Shown here in pieces: positions 9,953 through 20,124 of a stretch of 64,000 nt of DNA. Made by a program: the position numbers and the translations under genes. Each line of letters opens with the position of its first letter. The stretch's first letter is position 1. Below the pieces are notes generated by a model. It searched no databases. It saw only the letters and a program-made list of their open reading frames with translations, and had not been told where the DNA came from. The DNA is from Bacillota bacterium (GTDB taxonomy: Bacteria > Bacillota > Clostridia > DUPQ01), in assembly GCA_022706885.1 (NCBI GenBank), contig JAKJBR010000006.1, forward strand, positions 670 through 64,669. The letters are read 5' to 3'.

Positions 9953-10546
9953 ATGAGACAGGATAAAAAAACCGCGATAGCAATAATAACCGTTGCATTT
10001 ATAATGAGCCTTATGTTCTGTACCACGGCACAGACTGCCGATCTTGTAATTGCAAGTGTCGAATATGTGGATGCAAAGATAGCAGAGGTAAGGGCTCTTA
10101 TTCAGTCTTCGGGAACGCCGTCGGGAGGCACAACACCGGTTACCCCCGTGGATAATGCTAAAATAACCGAGCTGGAAACGGCTTTGGGCAACGCGTTAAA
10201 GGAAATGGATGCTTTAAGATCCAGAATGGATTTTCTTGATGTAACTGTCAGAGACATGTCGGATAATTACGGCATGCAGGTTCTTCATGTTTATAAAGAT
10301 GATGTAATATACGCATTAGGTACTTCGGAGCTTATCTTGCGGAGCGGCAGCGCAATAGTAATAGGAAATGCAAACAACGAAGGGTTAAGCGATGCCACCA
10401 CGGGAGAAAATCTCAATCCCGGGGTATCGCTGGGTAAAGATCACTTTGTGGTAATACCCAGAGGCGACGGCAGAGGTATTAAGATTACATCGGGTGAAAG
10501 TTTTATTATGTACAGAGGTTCCTTCTCATATGTACCCGCAAACTGA
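9953..10546 (+). CDS. hypothetical secreted or membrane-anchored protein
   Basis: N-terminal signal/anchor (AIAIITVAFIMSLMFCTTAQTA), a coiled-coil segment, and no known motif. Confidence 0.45.
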   Translation: MRQDKKTAIAIITVAFIMSLMFCTTAQTADLVIASVEYVDAKIAEVRALIQSSGTPSGGTTPVTPVDNAKITELETALGNALKEMDALRSRMDFLDVTVRDMSDNYGMQVLHVYKDDVIYALGTSELILRSGSAIVIGNANNEGLSDATTGENLNPGVSLGKDHFVVIPRGDGRGIKITSGESFIMYRGSFSYVPAN

Positions 10547-10559
10547 TATCAAAAGTTAT

Positions 10560-11633
10560 ATGCCGGTAAAGATACTTTTCGGAAACAATTGCGTCTTTAA
10601 CAATAAAGATATATTTAAGCAGACCGGAAAGTTTCCCTTTATTGTGACCGGAAAAAGCGGAGCCGTAAAAAGCGGCGCTTTTGATGATGTGATATCTGTT
10701 TTAAACGGCGGACCGTATATTCTTTATGACAGGGTGGAAGAGAATCCCAAGGTATCCGACATGGAAGATACCGCAATTATCAGTAAAAAATTCCGTTGCG
10801 ACTATATTATTGCAATAGGCGGAGGTTCCGCTTTGGATGCGGCAAAAGCCATAGCGGTGCTGGCCGTTAATAACATGAGCGGCATGGATCTTTTCAGCAA
10901 GAAGGCGGATGCGGCTTTACCTGTAATAGCCATACCGACAACCAGCGGGACCGGAAGCGAGGTCACTCCTTATTCCATACTGACCGTGGATGAGTGGCAG
11001 ACAAAAAAGAGTTTTGCCGGCGACTGCATATATCCCAAGATTGCACTGTTAGATCCGAAATATACCTTCAGTTTACCTATCGACTATACCATATCCACCG
11101 CTTTCGATGCGGTAAGTCATCTTTTCGAAAGTTACTTTTCCTTAAAGAGTAATGAAATGTCAAAAATGTATTCGCAAGAGGGCATACGTGCTTTTGCAAA
11201 AGCCATTGATGCAATAAAAAACAGGAAGTTTGATGAGCAAAGCAGATATTATCTTATGTATGCATCCATGTTGGGCGGAATAGCAATATCGCATACCGGT
11301 ACCACCGCAATGCATGCAATGGGTTATTCCATGACATATTTCCACGGACTGCCGCACGGATTTGCCAATCTGTATTTTGCCGAACCTTATTTCAGGCATA
11401 TGATGAAACAGGAAGAGCAAAAGACAAAAACGGTTACGGATTTAATGGGTATGACCGATTTGCAGTCAATGATAAACTTCTTTTCGGATAGCATACAAAG
11501 ACCGAAACTGAACAAAGAACAGTGTGAGCGCTATGCAACGCTGGCCATGATGCAGTCCAGCATTAAATCTACACCGGGCAACCTGACAAAAGAGGATGTT
11601 GTAAATATGTTTAAAGAGGCAGGCAGGGCATGA
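10560..11633 (+). CDS. iron-containing alcohol dehydrogenase family protein
   Basis: GGGSALDAAKAIA and PTTSGTGSEVT motifs, and a His-rich metal site (HAMGY...HG). Confidence 0.8.
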   Translation: MPVKILFGNNCVFNNKDIFKQTGKFPFIVTGKSGAVKSGAFDDVISVLNGGPYILYDRVEENPKVSDMEDTAIISKKFRCDYIIAIGGGSALDAAKAIAVLAVNNMSGMDLFSKKADAALPVIAIPTTSGTGSEVTPYSILTVDEWQTKKSFAGDCIYPKIALLDPKYTFSLPIDYTISTAFDAVSHLFESYFSLKSNEMSKMYSQEGIRAFAKAIDAIKNRKFDEQSRYYLMYASMLGGIAISHTGTTAMHAMGYSMTYFHGLPHGFANLYFAEPYFRHMMKQEEQKTKTVTDLMGMTDLQSMINFFSDSIQRPKLNKEQCERYATLAMMQSSIKSTPGNLTKEDVVNMFKEAGRA

Positions 11634-12214
11634 TAGTCTATTATCACATTCCCGAAGACAAAGCAAAAGACGCCATATCTTTCGGGATGAAACTTTCGGA
11701 ATACGGCAATTTCCTTATAAACATCGGCAACGGACCGAAAAATGTTATCACGGCATATCTGTGTCCTGCGGATGATGTCAAAAGATATAACAGGTCGGGC
11801 TATACCTGCTTGCGTATCGATTTTCCCATGGAAAAGACATATATAATGGAGGGAGTCTATCTGGAAACGGAAAACACCGAGGCACTCAAGGCTTCTTTGA
11901 CCAAAGCGGAGGAGTATAAGCTTGGAAGCTATAGAAAGCCTTTGGCTCTTATCACCACCACGGTATTTGCCGAAAGAATAAAGGTGCTGGGAAAATTCAT
12001 GGATGTACCCATGGTTGTGGATGACTCGGAGGAACTTTATCTTAAAAATGCACTGCTGGAGTTGGAAGAGGGCGACAGCGGATATTATGAAAAAGCCTTA
12101 TACGGATATCTTACGGTCACAAAAGAAGCGCGTATGCTTTATGAAAAGAACGGATATGTTGAATATATACTGAACAAAAGAAAATACATAGCAAGAAAGC
12201 CGGATGGCAAGTGA
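11630..12214 (+). CDS. hypothetical protein
   Basis: 194-aa ORF overlapping both neighbours by 4 nt. No recognisable motif. Confidence 0.4.
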   Translation: MIVYYHIPEDKAKDAISFGMKLSEYGNFLINIGNGPKNVITAYLCPADDVKRYNRSGYTCLRIDFPMEKTYIMEGVYLETENTEALKASLTKAEEYKLGSYRKPLALITTTVFAERIKVLGKFMDVPMVVDDSEELYLKNALLELEEGDSGYYEKALYGYLTVTKEARMLYEKNGYVEYILNKRKYIARKPDGK

Positions 12215-12969
12215 TGTGCGATATGGAAATCATTAAACTTCCATATATAAATTCCACCAATACATATGCAAAAGATAATGCGCAGTCTTTCAGTAAGAAA
12301 ATTACGGTAATACAGGCGGAAAGACAGTTGCAGGGCAGAGGACGGTTAGGCAGGGATTTCCTATCCGACAACAGCGACGGAGCATGGTTTTCCGTGGTTA
12401 TCAAACCTGAAAAAGACACTATTTCTCCCCAAACGGTACTGTTGATGCCCATTCTTGCGGCAGGCGAAACGGCTGCTGCAATAGAAGATATATACAGTAT
12501 AAAAGCGGGGATAAAATGGCCTAACGATATATTGATTAACGGTAAAAAGGTATGCGGGATACTGTGTGAAAGCAGTGTTGCCGACAACAATGTTCTTCTG
12601 ATTGTTATAGGCATAGGCATAAATGTCAATCAAAAAGCGATGCATCCCGATATAGCGGATATTGCCACATCACTGTTTATGGAAACCGCTATCCAAGTTC
12701 CTGTCGACCTGCTGATACAAAATATATGTGGAAATATAGCCTGCTCTTATGATAAAATTAGACGCGGGAATACAGCCGGCATAATAGATAAGTGGAATGA
12801 ATACTCTATAATGAATAATGCTGTCATAACCTATACGAAAGGACAATCGTTGTACAGCGCAGTTTCCAAAGGAATTGACAGGCAGGGCAGGCTGATAGCC
12901 GAACAGGACGGATTGACGATATATCTTGACTCGAGCGAGATAAGTATAAAAAGCACAAGGAGCAAATAA
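12211..12969 (+). CDS. birA: biotin--[acetyl-CoA-carboxylase] ligase, class I (no HTH domain)
   Basis: QGRGRLGR and KWPNDI motifs. It begins directly with the catalytic domain. Confidence 0.8.
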   Translation: MMCDMEIIKLPYINSTNTYAKDNAQSFSKKITVIQAERQLQGRGRLGRDFLSDNSDGAWFSVVIKPEKDTISPQTVLLMPILAAGETAAAIEDIYSIKAGIKWPNDILINGKKVCGILCESSVADNNVLLIVIGIGINVNQKAMHPDIADIATSLFMETAIQVPVDLLIQNICGNIACSYDKIRRGNTAGIIDKWNEYSIMNNAVITYTKGQSLYSAVSKGIDRQGRLIAEQDGLTIYLDSSEISIKSTRSK

Positions 12970-13286
12970 TGGACGACAATCGGAATACCGCTTCCGCAAA
13001 TGACGGCAACCGGAAGAGGTCGAACAACAATTATTACAGAAAGAAAAAGAACTATTCGGGTGAGCGAAAACAGGACAATTTGCCCGCACAGGCGACTGCA
13101 GGTGAGGAAAGAGATAACAGAAAACCTTCTCAAAATAAAGGATATAATAATTACAAACGCTATAACAGGGACAGAAGAAGAAACCGCAGCGGGGAAGAAA
13201 CCGTTGATGATATAAAAAAGGATATAATGAGGATAGAAAAAGAAATCCGGCTGGAGATTGAAGAAATAAAAATGATAAGGGTGTAG
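12969..13286 (+). CDS. small highly basic low-complexity protein
   Basis: 105 aa, rich in R/K/N. The start overlaps the birA stop (TAATG) and the ORF ends 3 nt before coaX, which suggests translational coupling. Confidence 0.4.
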   Translation: MDDNRNTASANDGNRKRSNNNYYRKKKNYSGERKQDNLPAQATAGEERDNRKPSQNKGYNNYKRYNRDRRRNRSGEETVDDIKKDIMRIEKEIRLEIEEIKMIRV

Positions 13287-13289
13287 AGA

Positions 13290-14096
13290 ATGCTTTTAGC
13301 TATTGATGTGGGAAATACCAATATCGTAATGGGGGTACATAACGGGGAAAAATATACCAATGTGTGGCGCCTGACGACCAACAAAGAAAGAACCCCTGAA
13401 GAATTCGGAGTTTTCTATATGAACATGTTCAATGCAGCCGGTCTGAAACTGTCCGATGTTGATGCCATTATTCTTTCTTCGGTTGTACCGGGAATAATGT
13501 ATACGCTTACCAGCAGTCTGGAAAAATACTTTAACCGGACACCCTTGCTGGTGGAACAGGGAATAAAGACCGGATTGAATATAAAGATAGACAATCCCAG
13601 AGAACTGGGGGCGGACATAATAGTAAACTTGGTCTCCGCTTATGAAACATATAAAGGTCCGGCTATAGTAATTGATTTCGGTACTGCAACCACATTCAGT
13701 TGCGTAACGGATAATTTCGAGTGTCCCGGCGTGGTAATATGCTCGGGCGTCAGTCTTACAGCCGAGGCTTTGTACAAAAGAGCGGCAAAACTGCCTAATG
13801 TAGATATAATAAAACCTGCTAAGGTTATAGGCAAAAATACTATAACCTCCATGCAGTCGGGTATAGTAAACGGCTACCTGGGGCTGATAGCGGGCATAGT
13901 GAATGATATGAAAAAAGAGCTTGCGGAAGACTATAACCAGAAGTATGAGGACATAAAGGTTATAGCCACCGGAGGTCTTTTAAGCATTATTGCCAAAAAC
14001 AGCGACCAGATTGACTATATAGACGGAATGCTTACACTGAACGGGCTTAAACTGGTTTATGATAAAAACAAATCCAAGACGGAGGGAAAGGCATAA
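13290..14096 (+). CDS. coaX: type III pantothenate kinase
   Basis: MLLAIDVGNTN and the GTATTFS acetate/sugar-kinase fold motifs. Confidence 0.9.
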   Translation: MLLAIDVGNTNIVMGVHNGEKYTNVWRLTTNKERTPEEFGVFYMNMFNAAGLKLSDVDAIILSSVVPGIMYTLTSSLEKYFNRTPLLVEQGIKTGLNIKIDNPRELGADIIVNLVSAYETYKGPAIVIDFGTATTFSCVTDNFECPGVVICSGVSLTAEALYKRAAKLPNVDIIKPAKVIGKNTITSMQSGIVNGYLGLIAGIVNDMKKELAEDYNQKYEDIKVIATGGLLSIIAKNSDQIDYIDGMLTLNGLKLVYDKNKSKTEGKA

Positions 14097-14103
14097 TACG
14101 TTT

Positions 14104-14739
14104 ATGGCAAAAGGAATGATTATTTCTTTCGAAGGCACCGACGGTTCCGGAAAGACCACTCAGATAAAGGCTTTGAGCCGATATCTTGAAGAAAAGGGAT
14201 ATATGCCGGCAATTTTACGGGAACCGGGAGGAACAAGGATAGGAGAGGAAATTCGCTCCATATTACTTAACAGCGATAATACCGAAATGGCTTCCCTGAC
14301 GGAAATGCTTTTATACGCATCTTCCCGGGCACAGATGATGGAAGAAAAAGTCGAACCGTTGCTTAAAGAGGGAAAGATAGTGATACTGGACAGGTTTTTC
14401 GATTCCTCGCTTGCATACCAAGCCTATGGAAGAGACTTGAATTTCGATGCGGTACTGTCCATAAACCTTGCAGCGGTAAAGAATATAGTTCCCAAGATTA
14501 CTTTCTTTATTGATATAACACCCGAGCAGTCGCTGAAGAGAAGGCAGAATGCTACCGCAACCGACCGGTTGGAAAATGAGGATATGTCTTTTCATTACAA
14601 AGTGTATGAAGGATACAAAAAGCTTTTGGAGAGATTTCCCGAAAGAATAATAAGGATTGACGGCACCAAGGAAGCAAGAGAAATAACTAACGAGATAACA
14701 TCATATGTAGATAATGTTTTGAAGGAGGATATTAGATGA
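14104..14739 (+). CDS. tmk: thymidylate kinase
   Basis: ISFEGTDGSGKTTQ P-loop, DRFFDSSLAYQ motif. Confidence 0.9.
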   Translation: MAKGMIISFEGTDGSGKTTQIKALSRYLEEKGYMPAILREPGGTRIGEEIRSILLNSDNTEMASLTEMLLYASSRAQMMEEKVEPLLKEGKIVILDRFFDSSLAYQAYGRDLNFDAVLSINLAAVKNIVPKITFFIDITPEQSLKRRQNATATDRLENEDMSFHYKVYEGYKKLLERFPERIIRIDGTKEAREITNEITSYVDNVLKEDIR

Positions 14740-15065
14740 AGCTGATATTTGCAATAGTGAATGATGAAGATGAATTGGATGTAATGAGAGGACTGAGCCA
14801 GGAAGGTTACGGAGTCACAAAGCTGTGTTCCACCGGAGGATTCTTAAAATCGGGAAATACCACCTTGCTTATAGGAGTGGACGATGAAAAACTGGACCAC
14901 GCCATTGAAATAATAAAAGCGAGATCCAAGAGCAGAAAGAAGATAGTTAATTCTTCCATGATAGGAGCATCTCAGGGTGCGGTTCTGACAGGATATCCGA
15001 TAGAGATAACCATGGGCGGAGCAACGATTTTCGTAACCGATGTTGTAAAATACGTCAAGAGTTAA
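14736..15065 (+). CDS. darA: cyclic-di-AMP receptor, PII-like (DarA/YaaQ)
   Basis: MKLIFAIVNDED...VTKLCSTGGFLKSGNTTLLIGV is near-identical in pattern to B. subtilis YaaQ, and the conserved tmk-darA-holB order is preserved. Confidence 0.75.
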   Translation: MKLIFAIVNDEDELDVMRGLSQEGYGVTKLCSTGGFLKSGNTTLLIGVDDEKLDHAIEIIKARSKSRKKIVNSSMIGASQGAVLTGYPIEITMGGATIFVTDVVKYVKS

Positions 15066-15066
15066 A

Positions 15067-16020
15067 ATGGCGGATTTTGATGATATAAAGGGAAGAAAAC
15101 CTTTAAAAAATCAAATATCAAAACTTATGTCAAAAGGCAGGATATGTCACGGGTATATATTTGAGGGTCCTGTCGGGTCGGGAAAAAAACTTATTGCGGA
15201 TGCTTTTTCCCGGCTTCTTTTTTGCAAGAATCCCGATAAACTGAAAGTATGCGGCCGCTGTGAAGGCTGTTTGGGGCACAAAGAGCAGTATATACTGAAA
15301 AGTGATAAATCCATTTCCGTGGAGGATATACGCGCTCTTATCAAAGATACTCAACTTCTGCCTTTGGGCAGCGGAAATAAAATCTACATTATACATGATG
15401 CCGATACAATGACCGACCAGGCACAAAACGCTTTTTTAAAAGCACTGGAAGAGCCTCCTTCCAATGTCTATTTTCTGTTGACGGTTACCAATTCCGAACA
15501 GCTGATAGATACAATAAAATCTCGATGTGTAATTATTTATACCGGAGTCAACACCGAGAGTGAGGTTTTGGATTATCTTCAAAGCAAATATCCCGATACC
15601 GATATACAACAGATAAACTTTGCTGCAAGTTTTTCCGAGGGTTGCATAGGAAGAGCGGACACACTTATAACCGATGAAACTTTCCGGCAGACCAGAAGTG
15701 CCGCGGTAAGATATCTCAGTGAAATAAACACCGATTTAGCAGACAAAGACAAATCGACAAATATAACGGTTTTTCTGGAGGTATTGCAAAGCTTATTCCG
15801 TGACGCACTTATATTCAAAGAAACCGAGCAAACAGACAACTTGATAAATGCCGATTTTTTGGATATTATAAAAAGAACGGCGGCAAACTACAGCAGCGAA
15901 AGCCTGTTTAAGGCATGCAATTATGTGGCAAAGGCCGCACAATACATAAAAGATAATGTTTCCGCAAGCATAGCTATAGGTACCATGAATGTGGAATTAA
16001 TGGAGGAATTGAATATATGA
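15067..16020 (+). CDS. holB: DNA polymerase III subunit delta'
   Basis: GPVGSGKK P-loop, zinc module CGRCEGC, LKALEEPP motif. Confidence 0.85.
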   Translation: MADFDDIKGRKPLKNQISKLMSKGRICHGYIFEGPVGSGKKLIADAFSRLLFCKNPDKLKVCGRCEGCLGHKEQYILKSDKSISVEDIRALIKDTQLLPLGSGNKIYIIHDADTMTDQAQNAFLKALEEPPSNVYFLLTVTNSEQLIDTIKSRCVIIYTGVNTESEVLDYLQSKYPDTDIQQINFAASFSEGCIGRADTLITDETFRQTRSAAVRYLSEINTDLADKDKSTNITVFLEVLQSLFRDALIFKETEQTDNLINADFLDIIKRTAANYSSESLFKACNYVAKAAQYIKDNVSASIAIGTMNVELMEELNI

Positions 16021-16904
16021 TAACCGTTGTCGGAGTAAAGTTCAGACATTCGAACAAAATATACAGTTTCGCTCCGGGAGATTGGGAGCTTAATATAAAT
16101 GACAAAGTAATAGTGGAGACAATCAAGGGTACGGAAATGGGAACTGTTGCATCACCGATTACTCAGGTTGAGCAATCGAATGTTGTGGCCCCTCTTAAGG
16201 AGATTATCCGAAAAGCAACACAGGAGGATCTTAACAAAGCGGAGGAGTCAAAAAGCAAAGAAAGCGAAGCCTTTGCCATCTGCGAGAAAAAGATAGCCGA
16301 CCATAAGATAGCCATGAAGCTTGTCGGGGTGGAAGCAACATTTGATATGAGTAAAATACTCTTTTATTTTACAGCAGACGGAAGGGTGGACTTCAGGGAA
16401 CTGGTTAAGGATCTGGCATCCACTTTTCGTACCAGAATCGAGTTAAGACAGATAGGCGTACGCGATGAAGCCAAACTCTTAGGCGGAATAGGAATATGCG
16501 GTCGGCCCTTCTGCTGTACCAGTTACTTAAACGAATTTCAGACAGTTTCCATAAAAATGGCAAAAGACCAGGCTATTTCCCTTAATCCTCTTAAGATATC
16601 GGGAGTGTGCGGAAGGCTTATGTGTTGCCTGAAATATGAACATGAAGTATATACCGACCTTATAAAAAAGACACCGGGTATAGGCGCCATAGTACAGACG
16701 GTCGACGGCAAGGGGGAAGTTATCGACGTTAGTATGCTTAAGGGCGAACTGAAGGTTAAATTGGACAAAGGCGAAGAGATAGACATAAGGCAGTACAACG
16801 CACAGGATGTAACCGTACTGAAGAAGTCCAGCAAGTATAAGGTTCTGCCCGATGAAGAAGCGGCACAGGATATTAATGAACTTACTAAGCTGGAGGATAA
16901 TTGA
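16017..16904 (+). CDS. ricT: PSP1 domain protein RicT (YaaT)
   Basis: PSP1 C-terminal domain with conserved Cys (GICGRPFCC...GVCGRLMCC). The syntenic position after holB matches B. subtilis. Confidence 0.85.
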   Translation: MITVVGVKFRHSNKIYSFAPGDWELNINDKVIVETIKGTEMGTVASPITQVEQSNVVAPLKEIIRKATQEDLNKAEESKSKESEAFAICEKKIADHKIAMKLVGVEATFDMSKILFYFTADGRVDFRELVKDLASTFRTRIELRQIGVRDEAKLLGGIGICGRPFCCTSYLNEFQTVSIKMAKDQAISLNPLKISGVCGRLMCCLKYEHEVYTDLIKKTPGIGAIVQTVDGKGEVIDVSMLKGELKVKLDKGEEIDIRQYNAQDVTVLKKSSKYKVLPDEEAAQDINELTKLEDN

Positions 16905-16940
16905 TATTTTGATAAAGATATATCAATTATTCATATGACC

Positions 16941-17166
<226 letters not shown>

Positions 17167-17186
17167 CAGGAGTCAAATACTGAGAA

Positions 17187-17216
17187 CCGGCGGCCAGACC
17201 GCCCTTTTTCATTTTA
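17187..17216 (+). terminator. putative intrinsic terminator after the ferredoxin gene
   Basis: GGCGG-ccaga-CCGCC hairpin followed by CTTTTTCATTTT. Confidence 0.45.
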
Positions 17217-17226
17217 AGGAAAGATA

Positions 17227-17865
17227 ATGACAAATCACTACTATACGGACAAACAGTTAACTCATGAGGACATGTTTGAGTACAAGGCCAGAATAAATGA
17301 GGTGGAATTTCGATTTTACTCCGATTCCGGTGTATTTTCCAAAACCGGCATTGATTACGGCTCCAAGCTTCTTATTGACTCGGTTATTGCCGATATCGGG
17401 GAGCAGGAAAAAGGCCTTTCCAATGAAGAGAGACCTTCGCTTGCCGATTTAGGTTGCGGAATAGGGGTTATAGGGATAGTACTCAACAGACTGCTTAAGA
17501 TAAACAATACGTATCTTTATGAGATAAACGAAAGAGCGGCCGAGTTGGCAAAAAAAAATGCCGGGCAGAACAGGTCCAAAAGAACATATGTAAATAAACT
17601 GGATATAGCAAAAGAGGATATACCGGAGAAAGTGGACATTTGTGTGACCAATCCCCCCATAAGAGCGGGTAAAGCGACGGTGTTTGCTTTTTATGAAAAA
17701 GCATATAAAATGCTTAACGAAAACGGTATCTTTTACTGTGTTATTCAGAAGAAACAAGGGCTGGACAGCACAAAAAAGAAACTTACCGAGCTATTTTCCA
17801 ATCTTGAAACTGTTAACAGAAGTGCCGGATATCATATTCTTAAATGCATTAAAGATAAAAACTGA
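17227..17865 (+). CDS. class I SAM-dependent methyltransferase (RsmC/RsmD-like, NPP motif)
   Basis: DLGCGIGVIG SAM-binding motif and the VTNPPIR catalytic motif. Confidence 0.7.
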   Translation: MTNHYYTDKQLTHEDMFEYKARINEVEFRFYSDSGVFSKTGIDYGSKLLIDSVIADIGEQEKGLSNEERPSLADLGCGIGVIGIVLNRLLKINNTYLYEINERAAELAKKNAGQNRSKRTYVNKLDIAKEDIPEKVDICVTNPPIRAGKATVFAFYEKAYKMLNENGIFYCVIQKKQGLDSTKKKLTELFSNLETVNRSAGYHILKCIKDKN

Positions 17866-17895
17866 TATAATCTTAATATATATACGGAGGTACAC

Positions 17896-18726
17896 ATTAA
17901 AGTATATGCCTTAGTCGGTCCGAGCGGAACCGGCAAAAGTCATAAATCCACGCTGCTTGCTTCGGATATGGGTATCACCCATATAATTGACGACGGCTTA
18001 TTGATAAGTGAAAACCGGGTCATAGCCGGAAAAAGCGCCAAGAAGGAAGCTACCAAAATAGCTTCCATAAAGCGTGCCATTTTTGACGATAACGATCATC
18101 GCAAGGAGGTTATAAAAGCGATAAGAGCAGGTAAAGTGGACTCTTTACTGATTTTAGGAACATCGGATAAGATGGTCAACGAGATAGCACAGAGACTGGA
18201 AGTGTCACCTATACAGAAAATAATAAGAATTACCGATATATCCGACGAAGAAGAAATTGCCGCCGCGACCAGAAGCCGTCAGGAGAAGGGAAAACACGTA
18301 ATACCCGTTCCCACTTTTGAGATAAAGAAGGATTTTGCCGGGTATCTTTTAGACCCGTTGTATATTTTCCGAAGAAGAGACAAGACAAGGTATGAGCCGG
18401 ACGGTACCAAGACCATAGTAAGACCCACATTTTCCTACTTGGGAGGATACACAATATCCAACAACACTTTATTTCAGATTGCAAGTTACGGATGTACCGA
18501 AATAAACGGCTATGAGGGCATGACCCGCTTTCGTGTCATAAACCGACCGGAAGGGATATCTCTGGAAGTAAATATAACGGTAAATGTGGATTATGATATA
18601 CCGGAAACTTTGCGACAGGTACAGCAGAAAATATATGATGTGCTGGATTTTACCACCGCTTTGAATATGATAAGAATTGATGTGACAGCCAAGAATATCA
18701 TGATAAACGGGGAAGTATATCCATAG
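17896..18726 (+). CDS. P-loop NTPase-like protein with Asp23-like C-terminal region; apparent non-AUG (ATT) start
   Basis: The Walker A motif LVGPSGTGKS lies upstream of the first in-frame ATG at 17968. The frame is open back only to a TGA at 17863, and the only plausible initiator is ATT at 17896, 5 nt after ACGGAGGT. The C-terminus (NITVNVDYDIPETLRQVQQKIYDVLDFTTALNMIRIDV) resembles the Asp23/Gls24 family. Confidence 0.45.
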   Translation: MKVYALVGPSGTGKSHKSTLLASDMGITHIIDDGLLISENRVIAGKSAKKEATKIASIKRAIFDDNDHRKEVIKAIRAGKVDSLLILGTSDKMVNEIAQRLEVSPIQKIIRITDISDEEEIAAATRSRQEKGKHVIPVPTFEIKKDFAGYLLDPLYIFRRRDKTRYEPDGTKTIVRPTFSYLGGYTISNNTLFQIASYGCTEINGYEGMTRFRVINRPEGISLEVNITVNVDYDIPETLRQVQQKIYDVLDFTTALNMIRIDVTAKNIMINGEVYP

Positions 18727-18810
18727 TCAGGTACGCAGTTTACTTGACAATACATATGTTATGCATTAAACTGTCGATATATTTTGATTTATGGAGCGTG
18801 AAAATCCTTA

Positions 18811-20124
18811 ATGGATAGTGACAGTATATACCGAAGTATCGCCTTAATCGGCCTCATCGTCGTTGGGGGTCTGTTGGCGGGTATGGAAACGGCATATTCA
18901 TCCTGTAATAAGATACGGATGAAGTATAATGCGGAAAACGGCGATGTTAAATCTCAAAGAGTACTGAAGATATTAGAGCAATCCGATAAATATATTTCTA
19001 CTATTCTTATACTGTTAAACATAATACATATAACCGCAGCTTCAATAGCTACGGTTATTGCGGTGCGCTATCTGGGCGAGATAGGTTCATTGGTGTCAAC
19101 AATTGTCCTTACCATCATCATATTTACATTCAGCGAAGTAATCCCCAAAAGCATAGCTAAAGACAATGCCGATGCCTATGCAAGAACCTTTGCTCCGTTG
19201 TTGAAATTTCTTATCGTAATATTAACCCCCGTTTCCTATGTGCTTTCCGCAGTGGGAAGGCTGGTAAGAAAACTGATGGGAAATGCACCCAAAGAACCTA
19301 CAATGACGGAAGAAGAACTTCAGAGCATGATAGAAACAATTGAGGAAGAAGGTGTAATTGAGGCGGATAAGAGCGAACTTATCCAGTCGGCAATAGACTT
19401 TCTGGACACTACCGCTGCGGATATTCTTACACCCAGAGTGGACATAGTCGCTGTGGATATAGACTGGAGTAAAGAGAAAATAGACAGTATCGTTATAAAA
19501 GAAAAATTCTCCAGATTGCCGGTTTATGAAAATACCATAGATAACATTATAGGAGTTCTGCATACAAGAAAGTATCTGAAAGGTATACTGAACAATACCG
19601 CTGTTGATGTGGCATCGGTAATGGATGAACCGATATTCGTGCATCAGAGCCTGTTGGTTAATACACTTTTTGAAATGATGAGTGCAAGAAGAGTTCATAT
19701 GGTAATTGTAACCGACGATTACGGCGGAACCGCAGGTCTGATTACAATGGAAGATATAATGGAAGAGCTTGTAGGTGATATATACGACGAAGACGATATA
19801 GTGGAAGAAGAGTTTGTGTATCTGGATGACGGAGTATTGGAAGTAGTCGGTGAGTTGCGTATGGATGAACTGCTGGACGAACTGGATATTCCGTATAATG
19901 ATGATGATATAGAACATAAAACCGTTTCCGCCTGGACAATGGAACATCTTCAGAATATTCCCGAAGCGGGCGATTTCTTTGAAGATATGGGACTATCGGT
20001 ATCCATCAAAGAGTTGGACGGTATGAGAATAGAAAAGCTGCTTGTAAAGGTAATGGAAAAAGAAGAATCTTCAGATACGGAAGAAGAGAACGACAGGAAG
20101 AAGAAAGAGGAGGTAAATCAGTAA
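18811..20124 (+). CDS. CNNM/HlyC-CorC family transporter (DUF21 + CBS pair + CorC_HlyC)
   Basis: Four N-terminal transmembrane segments, then a CBS pair and a C-terminal transporter-associated domain. Acidic tail. Confidence 0.8.
   Translation: MDSDSIYRSIALIGLIVVGGLLAGMETAYSSCNKIRMKYNAENGDVKSQRVLKILEQSDKYISTILILLNIIHITAASIATVIAVRYLGEIGSLVSTIVLTIIIFTFSEVIPKSIAKDNADAYARTFAPLLKFLIVILTPVSYVLSAVGRLVRKLMGNAPKEPTMTEEELQSMIETIEEEGVIEADKSELIQSAIDFLDTTAADILTPRVDIVAVDIDWSKEKIDSIVIKEKFSRLPVYENTIDNIIGVLHTRKYLKGILNNTAVDVASVMDEPIFVHQSLLVNTLFEMMSARRVHMVIVTDDYGGTAGLITMEDIMEELVGDIYDEDDIVEEEFVYLDDGVLEVVGELRMDELLDELDIPYNDDDIEHKTVSAWTMEHLQNIPEAGDFFEDMGLSVSIKELDGMRIEKLLVKVMEKEESSDTEEENDRKKKEEVNQ

Noticed and set aside
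13000-13215. 71-aa alternative-frame ORF inside the basic-protein gene
   Set aside because: It overlaps a longer, translationally coupled ORF in another frame and has no independent support.
16905-16935. 9-bp perfect inverted repeat AATTGATAT...ATATCAATT after ricT
   Set aside because: There is no U-tract, so it is not a terminator. It could be a regulator site, but with no supporting context it is left unannotated.
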